A stretch of DNA of 64,000 nt from Pirellulales bacterium (GTDB lineage: Bacteria > Planctomycetota > Planctomycetia > Pirellulales > JAICIG01). The DNA lies in the NCBI GenBank assembly GCA_035533075.1, contig DATLUO010000064.1, positions 12,573 through 76,572 of the forward strand, read 5' to 3'. Made by a program: the position numbers and the translations under genes. Shown here one piece after another: positions 30,801 through 33,062 of the stretch (positions are counted from its first letter, which is position 1; every line of letters starts with the position of its first letter). Under the pieces are notes generated by a model. The model was not told where the DNA came from. It did no database searches and saw nothing but the letters and a program-made list of their open reading frames with translations.

Positions 30801-32211
30801 GATAAGCGTTGAAGTAATACGTATCGTAGACATAACTGGAATAGGCGAAACCGCTGCCACTGGGAAGAAGCTCGGCCACGAACGCGAGCGGGGTGTCGGC
30901 TCTGGGGAGCTCAGACAAAGGCGGGGCGGACTGAAAGGCGTTCACGAGGGGTGAGTACCCGATCCAGTTGGTGACTTGGGCCGGCACGTTTTCAGCCGAG
31001 AACAGAAACGATCCGTACGTCGTGCTGCCGGTGACGTAGATGCTGACGTTTCCCTTGCCGTCGTCGTGAACGGCGATGCCATTACCCTGCGTCTCCGCAA
31101 AGTCATTGTGAGCGGGCTGGCCGCCCCAGTACGTCGAGAAGACGATGTTCCCGCTCTGGTCGAGCTTGGTCACGAAGACGTCGTATTCCCCAGTGAAACC
31201 GTTGCCGTTGAACTGGTCTTTTGTGGTCAGGGGGAAACTGTTGGTGCCGATCGCTCCCGTGACGTAGGCGTTGCCTCGGTTGTCGGCCGCCACGGCGTTG
31301 GCCGAAGCGAATCCGCCTGCGAAACCGAAGGCGCCGACGAAGGTCCCCGGCTGACCGAGATACGTCGCGTAGACCAGCACCGGGTCGATCACCAGCGGAC
31401 GCGCGTGGTCGTAAGCGCCGACGGTGAAGCTCACCGTGCCGTCGTCGCCGATGACGTAGTTGCCGCTAAGCGCCTGGCGCTGGCCGCCATCGCCCTGATA
31501 AACGACCGGGGCGTGCTCGACCACGTCGCCCACGGCCGTGTGCAGCACGAGGTTTCCTTGGCCGTCAATCGTTATCTTGTCGGCGCCGCTGAAGCTGAGC
31601 TTGATGGCCGAAGGGTCGCCGCCGGGCGCGACGGTGAAATCGTATTCAAGCTGCTGGTTGTTGCCGTAATAGGTGAGATCGACGCCCGGATAGACGTCGT
31701 GATAGGCCACCTGGCCGTAGTTGGGCACATCGGTCAGCCACTTGGATTGATCGTTGCCGTTGAGGTAGTTGCTCTTGCTCGTCAGCACGTCCTGGCCGGT
31801 GACGGAGGCGCCGGGGGTCGCCCCCACGAGCGTCATGGTCAGCACGGCGCCGATGGCGGCGGGCGGCGTTGTAGGCGCGGGCGTGGCCGTCGTGGCCGCT
31901 GAAGCCGTCGTGGCCGACGTGGCGGCGTCGGCCGCAGTGGCCGTGGGTGCGGTAGTCGAGGGCAGGCTCAGCACCGCCTGGTTCGACGTCAGAAAGAGCG
32001 AGTAATCGCTGCCGCGTGCGATGTAGAGCGCCTGCGGATCGGTTTGCCCGACGTTCGGTTCGAACCGCATCGGCCCGTCGCCGTAACCGGCCAACAGAAT
32101 CCGCCTCTCCAGCGGTTCGCCGCAGGCATGGAACAGCCGCTGATCCAAGCGGCCCAGTTTGCGTCGGCCCGCGGGCCATGCTCGGCGTTTCGATTTTCTT
32201 GAGCGGTTCAT
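12805..32211 (-). CDS. Giant multi-domain surface/adhesin-like protein (6468 aa): SBBP-type repeats, PKD-like domains, BNR/sialidase-like propellers, FG-GAP/VCBS repeats, DUF4214 C-terminus
   Basis: A single uninterrupted ORF. A GAGG lies 5 nt upstream of ATG 32211. There are 21 'I(D/N)WGDG' PKD-like domains. Asp-boxes include 'YSTDGGKTWSP', 'SSDGGKTFSP', 'YSDDNGTTWSNP', 'YSTDGGDSWTS', 'SSDGGQSFTQ' and 'YSDDQAKTWSDP'. About 20 'GNGDGTF...DFNGDGKxDL' repeats are present. The tail contains 'YIQEIYRDLFGRLAEPGGRDFW'. Confidence 0.95.
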   Translation of the reverse strand: MNRSRKSKRRAWPAGRRKLGRLDQRLFHACGEPLERRILLAGYGDGPMRFEPNVGQTDPQALYIARGSDYSLFLTSNQAVLSLPSTTAPTATAADAATSATTASAATTATPAPTTPPAAIGAVLTMTLVGATPGASVTGQDVLTSKSNYLNGNDQSKWLTDVPNYGQVAYHDVYPGVDLTYYGNNQQLEYDFTVAPGGDPSAIKLSFSGADKITIDGQGNLVLHTAVGDVVEHAPVVYQGDGGQRQALSGNYVIGDDGTVSFTVGAYDHARPLVIDPVLVYATYLGQPGTFVGAFGFAGGFASANAVAADNRGNAYVTGAIGTNSFPLTTKDQFNGNGFTGEYDVFVTKLDQSGNIVFSTYWGGQPAHNDFAETQGNGIAVHDDGKGNVSIYVTGSTTYGSFLFSAENVPAQVTNWIGYSPLVNAFQSAPPLSELPRADTPLAFVAELLPSGSGFAYSSYVYDTYYFNAYHPDAVIPAQGNGIAVDPAGNAYVVGTSGFNGGGHQAFVARIAPGGSLDWKDYVGSAGTFGNAIALDTTDDVFFAGTTLDTQLGNYTFVEESLGGNDAYVSKLSAKDGSQLAAARLGGNHDDFGEGVAVDGAGNVYLAGTTFSTNFPTTPGALETTKPGDGVQNFGSAAGFVAKLAGDFSKLVYSTYLGGGTGVIQTTHDGHTYPFDFGDFAHAIAVDAAGDAFIVGSSATTDFPVVDAIQAQHSPEPPDEGYGFPGPFDAFVAELDPSGSALLYSTYLGGTGNDVAYGVALDRLGNAYVVGTTDSTDFPTTANAVQSGFNRPAGQFDGYTSINNADSYFYPSGANVLDLSQQVTSAFVARLSGPLRVTALPVNASLGVPFFGPVASFVAPDPKANFSGTRINWGDGDSNDQNVSIVQPGGPDTPFVVMGSHTYAKLGSYPVVVTVHDADVTTNVDVSQMGGNQSETTIAVDPNNSERLFLASNHDAPPTATNPGIGIFAAYSTDGGKTWSPTDPRDHLIGDGDDPLIRSGGDPKAVFDQFGNLFLVYINARVNAVVLVVSSDGGKTFSPLATFPDAGGVDQPSVAVGPGIGGVGGSVWVTFESNTPTDHINVTGAAVSGPVSGAGGIGSIGAFLPVATAPGPAGSAGPVLGNFGGIDVGPNGQVLVSYMDAASGPGPSEVFVNLDPSGLAGGFNPAIVVPAPSTPAGSHTTATNVGADLPINAQDDSVVAGVRLGIDALPRLAWDRSPKSAHQGRVYLVYTDSPAVGSQNTNIVLRYSDDNGTTWSNPVKVNDDGGGASHFWPSVAVDPSTGSVGVSWYDTRNDPGVAPGGDTDGELPNDDAQLFGAVSGDGGNTFSANVQISIGSSDDDNVLQNPANSRDIDFGDYEGAAFANGFFYPAWADNSRALGANPDLPNYDAAVARIAVAQVLADTPKVTVTPPTTSEGQTFQGTIAKFTDPDPNLSATDFTVTIDWADGSKPDSVTPTGDATNGYVVRATHTYAEEGGYPVQVTVHDNVHDVSGSTTNALDISKLPGNQAEGTIAINPHDPKQLFAASNEEGLGLFAAYSTDGGDSWTSRPMADGSDGLTEACCDPIAAFDQYGNLFLTYLDITNKLIVVAISSDGGQSFTQLTTFSDASGVDKPSLATGPGQGGKDASVWVAYQNNSPTHAITVVGAAVSGAVRALGAGAIGPFGTPQAMVDAGANLAYLAIGATGDVVLIYQSPTGSVGPSAVYASFNASGAPGAFGAPTKVTDTNVGGQLAIPAQADRKVHAGANVAIDTSDAGHKGRIYVVYTGSDAVGSAVTNIFVRYSDDQAKTWSDPVKVNDDTSTSSKFFPGIAVDESTGNVGVSWYDTRNDPSNVKAQFFAAVSTQGGKSFSTNIQVSPGSSNATDLGLDSAGQRNQYNDYTGLAFAQNILYPLWADNSPQLQGNPDQPQFEQAVSKINVAYVSDRPLTAQANDIAGDVKAEGEDFTAALATFTDADPNAQPGVYKATIDWGDKTDPATGTITGGGGGFTVTGEHAYEEEGSYTVSVTINDVGGASAKVTLDAQIEDGKLTASNNTIAPAEGLPFYGTVATFSDSDPNGEPKDYQTNIDWGDGSSSTVGQVAFDGTGALVWTPDRGLLGIGNVSTGPDAGTPYLLSIDYRTNNPPPPTPLLKLTPDFRGGVAEGANFKLYALSNNDSGESFLNLLDPDKQTVSQLAYLGSNFTGGLAYDWQDGNLYAVAVSGGSSTLFSIDPKTWAVKQVGSLGSFSVTGFTYLASNFFFAVATDAKGASTLYQVQMGATVKATSLLKIGTGFTGGLGFQLYPPAVSGGFINLLAVSGDGSGSAVLNLVSSGGGKPEPLFEIGAQYNNGLDVIGAHTYLDEAAMAISVRVLDAGGSQVTASGNAQIQDEPPVPLPPSATLTAFQGFATGPLTLASFQVPHGVETGTSEYTATVNWGDGGKPDAAAVAISNAHLVVSSSGHVYSKAGNKQPVVTLSDDTGDAATMTDTVDVLPDVTKKVKVVGLGGKVNPKSGVVSSSGSVLNLGGVTLKGPFYLIVKGLPGGVTLANADGVLPSGEAYHLLQVSQLSPGQSADVTLQFSDPSLAKFSYKVTVIDGPFGAATPVGATPALGGAGAGFVANVGQTDSQARFVSQGAGYSLFLTSTEAVLTLDPPKSTPTGNTDGGPALASSLVPPYAASGSYAPSVVQLALVGANASAEPIGLDPLSGKTNYLVGNDPSKWETGATSYARVEYRDVYPGITLDYHSSATARLEYDFTVAPGADPNLIRLSIQGAESVSVDTAGNLVLHTAAGDVTEQSPVLYQEVNGVRLAVAGGYVIEADGSVGFRVGAYDASQPLVIDPVLVFSTYLGGSHYDQGNSIAVDGAGNVYLTGQTASLDFPTLGGFGPPPDLLAGSYVAFVTKYDSSGALVYSTYFGGSGTFDIAGSVVGDFGSAIAVDAAGEAVIAGQTYSADFPLVNPLPALFDTPTVFLAKLKADGSGFVFSTYLADALSAAGVALDSTGNIYVAGYDFSPHYHTTAGALSATPSGGFLEKLSPAGDSVLYATYVPGTEYVAYGEGVTPGAWVNALAVDAAGNAYLTGNVFNAKYSDPSASPPNEPVLHAAQATFGGGQFDAFVAKIDTSGSALDYWTYLGGSGNDVGNGIAVDAAGSAYVVGTTMSTSFPTANALQSSFGGIGLDANGLQESGLVAGDAFVTKLSPDGSSFVYSTYLGGSGPDVGSGIAVDAAGNAYVTGQAGSADFPTLHAVQPVFGGDTRTQGNYYDSLGRGDAFLARINASGGALDYSTFLGGSGTDWGKAVAVTPGGGAYVTGFTTSSDFPTFDAAQPQSDIPAYYSSQQTTAFVARIDAQGAGVIHLTNVPFQPTESAAFSGVVASFTDSDTGAAADYSATIDWGDGTTSVGTITSNSVRGFSFNVSGGHTYSEDGRFPVTVTVHDTDGSVASASGSSLSLRERAGVRAADYQVTIDTSSLAGTAGFVDLQFNPGALPDAQAADVVISQFAGGAGTLGNATLTGAASGSLANTVQLANTSILNELTQALTYGGTLSFDVTLEGDALKLPLDGLFGSMFSLTLLGADGVTPVDTTAADGTALKIGVSPDGTTSLVADSAAGNALVHLAAVNTIDVADAPLQATLVPIQAVEGIAFGGTVATFADANGTAPASDFAASVLWGDGTAASAGTVVADGGGRFHVTASHTFAEAGNDALHVVISDKGGSQAVAASASQPTAQITGLQAPRSAYEGAWSVMASGDLRRDGKLDLVVGRLYQTTPGSFQSELLVLLGNGDGSFASPTTITIPASDPQPVDSIAIADFNGDGKPDIAASGMIFLGNGDGTFQAGVAFDTGAQPIVSQAVADLNGDGKLDLVVAGGGGAQVFIGNGDGTFASGVTYGAETQQITSQVFLGNFHSGGKPDIVLATTSVATWLLPNLGDGTFGTAVQVASGLSVAAVGDLNGDGKLDLVAFDGSPAAPGTRLATLMGNGDGTFQSPLAYDAGVAFGATTLGDFYGHGKLDIAVADGGTPAGSDVFGSGVTVLRNKGDGTFAAPVSFAVPSGAGGLVAGDFNGDGNLDLAMSSNSNGYGSVSILLGRGDGTFVNGKVTATGSVVTGLATADFNGDGHSDVAVTGGVVGVEVLAGNGDGTYQSAKVFAASDASQTGPALLSADFNGDGKPDLVTGTSLFAGNGDGSYQPATTWNSVGARAAATGDFTADGKPDLVSSAYDFSTNTTSLAVWLNDGHGLFTTSWSYTVNGTGGAPVVADLNGDGKLDLLVPASAAVLQGQAYVSQVLVFLGNGDGTFQTPLSYTVASSGLEGATVGDFKGNGKPDIAVAAIGGVYVLLGNGDGTFQPAVSVFTASVVDSVSAGDFNQDGKADLLVTTEPSTSEVVTVLLSNGDGTFRTGQTIDTGFQGTGGALVADFNGDGKLDFALSPRAVHLYLGNGDGTFQTGPVYATATISGSSLITMAAADVTGDGRTDLLTRSTDFNVSGATFGVLLGQADGTLRAGRVYSLPHGGVTAGPPLAVDLRGSGKPDLVAVQGAPDFSEYALVLVNDGDGTFQTNQYDFRTDAEKQQGFRSVVNGFTVGDFTGDGIPDIVADVSDSSFTFSPQRVLLVGNGDGTFQAPRSTPLVNIYNTTVTVLRAADINGDGKRDLVTYSEDPIQRQPFVQVELGDGKGGFGPPIVTGPLANVDLFNHPIAFTLGDFNGDGKLDVAVGTTDGSVEVLLGNGDGTFQAPITSALGMPSSQYVAGDLYGDGKTDLVAVDGAGAVAVLRPNGDGTFQPPLRYSTASTFVQYGNSNNFVSLADVNGDGVRDLVIGAANGIAAIINQPSLAASQNVADAALSAAGESVTAVAGATFVGTVAHFTDANPQGTASDFTANIAWGDGQDSAGTIVADAGGGFDVLGSHVYASAGTLNLAVSIADKDGSAASAASTMTVSATPDAALAASGETVAATANVAFSGVVATFTDSDAAGTASDFTALVDWGDGHKSLGLVQAGTGGSFQVVGINTYAQAATYQVAVSIFDAGGATAMAASSADVIANNSSPLTAAGVTLQAVEQAAISGAIATFTDSSPDHQAADYTAIIVWGDGQTSSGAISADASVPGQFDVAAAHSYAEEGSFSMTVQVARAGAAATADSAANVSDAPLDVSGVQVSATEAAAFTGVVASFSDGNPFGTLDEYAATIDWGDGQTSAGAIAAGPGNFNRYLVTGTNTYATAGEYLVTVTITDNGGATEQARVVANVADASLTATGTTLSAAMAAPFSGVVASFADQNAASTAADFVATILWGDGNGSDGSIAPAAGGGYEVSGTHTYLNAGTLPVTVSILDTGGGNAAAAGSAVVAGATVQATATAIQATEAIAFGGAVATFTLSTPGFGAGDFQAAIDWGNGQTTAGTVVFDASTNQFSVMGSTTYTEEGSYPVKIAIGVAGGAVATLSSTATASDGPLTATATATAVPLAALEAVAFSGEVAYFNDANPTAQTSDFTAQIVWGDGQTTAGTVSIDPTVAGQFDVSGSVTYQASGSLPIAVTITDKGGATAAVTATAAVEVMPTSTGTTLQAQADVAFSAAVAVISDVNPQDQPSDYTATIDWGDGHSTAGLVTYDATDKTHFDVLGNGDYTNAGTYSVTVSLVRNDGLQLNVTDVAQVSTAPDASLTALPTIPIDATQNAAVNAVVGVFTDADSTAASSDYTATIDWGDGSTSSGSVVGLGTQTSAFGVVGQHTYANSGTDFVAVIVNDTGGATAKLGNESRIAAAETISGAGLPIAGVESSPLTNVALATFTVANGSPEPSAMAATIDWGDGSTSAGSVSLSAGIYTVSASHTYSEEGTKSVTVALADTSGATATATGTATISDPAVVATGGFSYSAVEGSTAAAQTLVTLTDLGGAEPLSNYSATIDWGDGGSATSGSLSVDPETHVLTVSGQHAYAEEGNYAVHVTLHHEATPDVTVSDTAAVSDPALARTGGFTYSATEGSTAGAQTVATFTDPGGAEAPANYAATIDWGDGSSATPGSLSVDPETHVLTVSGQHPYAEEGNYAVHVTLHHEATPDVTVSDTAAVSDPALVGTGGFTYLATQASAAATQTLAVFTDPGGPEALADYSATIDWGDGTTTTDTALSLDASSSTFSLTGQHAYSNDGTFAIQVTLHHDAAPDATVTDTAIIASATTSGGVGIDATAAAVTGNERSEPSGVTVATFTVGDGSLPAADFTAAINWGDGATSAGTVAISSGDAGGTPTPQYTVTGSHEYLDEGHYRVQVSIEQTAGPATSGATTATVSATATIREELLAEGTVGTADQNYIQEIYRDLFGRLAEPGGRDFWVGFLREGQSRSQVAYDIVKLAFPEEFQRDTVEALYQQYLGRAPDAAGIQFWTAYLYGGGTIEGMAQALVGSQEYFQTQGGGSNAGFLRALFHDALGRPIDAGSLAYFEGLMDRGLTASDAAAVVFSSEEYRRIRVDALFEQFMDRPAGAAVAAYFAGEIDRGESDELVIAQLISSDEYYDRAQS
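12808..13470 (-). other. Giant protein: C-terminal DUF4214-type repeats (about 3)
   Basis: The recurring pattern is 'Y..(L/F)(L/F)GR..D..G..(F/Y)W': 'IYRDLFGRLAEPGGRDFW', 'LYQQYLGRAPDAAGIQFW' and 'LFHDALGRPIDAGSLAYF'. Confidence 0.75.
13480..17800 (-). other. Giant protein: array of 14 consecutive PKD-like domains (about 100 aa each)
   Basis: WGDG codons lie near 13672, 13991, 14300, 14609, 14909, 15218, 15533, 15833, 16144, 16441, 16745, 17045, 17350 and 17655, spaced 297-319 nt apart. Confidence 0.85.
14141..14590. repeat. Near-identical tandem duplication (300-nt period) inside the PKD array
   Basis: About 150 nt starting at 14141 recur starting at 14441 with only a few substitutions. 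The encoded segments 'SLSVDPETHVLTVSGQH(P/A)YAEEGNYAVHVTLHHEATPDVTVSDTAAVSDPA' are nearly identical. Confidence 0.85.
17830..21100 (-). other. Giant protein: FG-GAP/VCBS repeat region (about 20 repeats, integrin-alpha-like propellers)
   Basis: The repeated signatures are 'GDFNGDGK(L/P)DL' and 'LLGNGDGTFQ'. Confidence 0.85.
21918..21953. repeat. REP-like palindrome R4 ('CCCTCTCCC-GGA-GGGAGAGGG') lying in frame in the giant gene
   Basis: A perfect 9-bp stem (21930-21938 vs 21942-21950). It is translated as 'SLSLRERAGVRA' in an inter-domain linker. Confidence 0.8.
22250..24440 (-). other. Giant protein: second copy of the N-terminal module plus SBBP-type beta-propeller repeats
   Basis: The order 'FVANVGQTDSQARFVSQGAGYSLFLTSTEAVLTL', then 'NYLVGNDPSKW', 'LEYDFTVAPGADPNLIRLSIQGA', 'GNLVLHTAAGDVTEQSPVLYQ', 'VIDPVLVFSTYLGG' and repeated 'GNAYVTG.T.S.DFPT' is colinear with residues 50-900. 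Confidence 0.8.
24259..24300. repeat. REP-like element R3 (42 nt) lying in frame in the giant gene
   Basis: 'gtagggtgggacaagcgagcttgcgagcgccggcccaccatc' matches the intergenic copy at 45618-45659 at 41 of 42 positions. It is translated as 'DGGPALASSLVPPY'. Confidence 0.9.
25240..25960 (-). other. Giant protein: about 235-aa four-blade repeat module nested inside one PKD-like domain
   Basis: WGDG lies near 26004, but the matching 'VIGAHTY' lies near 25215. Between them are four units of about 45 aa: 'DFRGGVAEGANFKLYALSN..', 'NFTGGLAYDWQDGNLYAVAV..', 'SVTGFTYLASNFFFAVAT..' and 'GFTGGLGFQLYPP..'. Confidence 0.6.
26450..27720 (-). other. Giant protein: BNR/sialidase-like beta-propeller 2
   Basis: It runs from 'GNQAEGTIAINPHDPKQLFAASNEE' through the Asp-boxes listed above and ends at 'WADNSPQLQGNPDQPQFEQAVSKINVAYV'. 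Confidence 0.75.
28020..29445 (-). other. Giant protein: BNR/sialidase-like beta-propeller 1
   Basis: It runs from 'GGNQSETTIAVDPNNSERLFLASNHD' through four Asp-boxes and ends at 'WADNSRALGANPDLPNYDAAVARIAVAQV'. It is a paralogue of propeller 2. Confidence 0.75.
29700..32080 (-). other. Giant protein: first N-terminal module plus SBBP-type repeats
   Basis: The order is 'LERRILLAGYGDGPMRFEPNVGQTDPQALYIARGSDYSLFLTSNQAVLSL', 'NYLNGNDQSKW', 'LEYDFTVAPGGDPSAIKLSFSGA', 'VIDPVLVYATYLG' and then 'GNAYVTG' repeats. Confidence 0.8.
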
Positions 32212-32326
32212 GAGAACCTCGTTGAAGGATGGAGGACGAAAGACACGACCCCATCGAGCTTGCCTCGATGGTGAAGGAGATGGTTGGTTACCGGCGGATG
32301 GGGTCTGCCGACCCCGAAGGGGTCGT

Positions 32327-32603
32327 ATTCGATAGCCCAGGGCGCAGCGCAGCGGAGCCCTGGGTTGACGGCGCCCAAAAAGACCGTCAGCCCCAACGGG
32401 GCGCCATTCCGCGTGACGTGTGCCCGAGCTCCGCGCCGCGCGGTTGAATCGCTATCGGCGGCAATGTCACGGGAATCACGCCCTTTCAGGGCTACCGACT
32501 GATTGCGACCAACGGTGACCCAGGGTTGCGCTGCGCTGCACCCTGGGCTATCGAATGACGTCCGTTCCGGGCTACAGCGCACGCGGAGCGTAGCCCTGGG
32601 CTG
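32327..32603. repeat. REP family R5 ('ATAGCCCAGGG..GCAGCGC..CCCTGGGT'): inverted pair plus a third degenerate copy
   Basis: 32327-32369 and 32515-32556 are near reverse complements. 32561-32603 carries a related GGGCTAC...GTAGCCC hairpin. All three lie in the 5' flank of the giant gene. Confidence 0.8.
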
Positions 32604-32840
32604 GTGGATTTGACGCTTTGGCGTGGGCGATGCGGCGCCGTCGGCGGGCTTGCCTCGCTGACGCTTCGCTTTGGTGTGGATCATTGAACCATCCGCGTTG
32701 GCGGTCTCCGGCGGCGAGCGATAAAAGTAAACTTGCTGCGCGACGAACAAACCCCGCCTTCTGCGCGCACAACGAGCGCCGCTGGCGGGTCCGGGCCGGT
32801 GAGGATCTTGCTTGGCCGCTAGGCCTCACCGGCCAATTTC

Positions 32841-33058
32841 AATTTTGGATTTTGGATTTTCGATTTTGGATTGGCGAAGCTCTGTGCCGGCGGCGGAGCG
32901 CGACGGTCAATCCGTTGACCGACGGCTCCCTCCGTGATTCGGGCCTTCGCGCTCCGCGGTTTCACTACCGGTTCAAGACCGCTGGCGGGCCGGCGCGAGC
33001 CAAGGCCCGCTTGTGCCACCCTACAAATCCAAAATCCAAAATCGAAAATCCAAAATCC
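32841..33058. repeat. Inverted pair of GGATTTT heptamer arrays enclosing a structured core of about 150 nt
   Basis: The left arm is 'aattttggattttggattttcgattttggatt' (32841-32872). The right arm is 'aaatccaaaatccaaaatcgaaaatccaaaatcc' (33025-33058). The core contains nested complementary segments (GCGGAGCGCGA...TCGCGCTCCGC and CGGTCAA...TTGACCG). The element ends 5 nt from the kinase stop codon. Confidence 0.9.
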
Positions 33059-33062
33059 CTTC

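Noticed and set aside
32057-32066. A 'GGTTCGAACC' T-loop-like string considered as a possible tRNA.
   Set aside because: It lies inside the giant CDS with no cloverleaf context. I found no tRNA-like acceptor or anticodon stems around it.
32841-33058. The heptamer-armed element considered as a classical MITE.
   Set aside because: No target-site duplication is evident at the flanks ('ccaatttc' vs 'cttctcac'), and the arms are tandem arrays rather than unique terminal inverted repeats. Mobility remains unproven.
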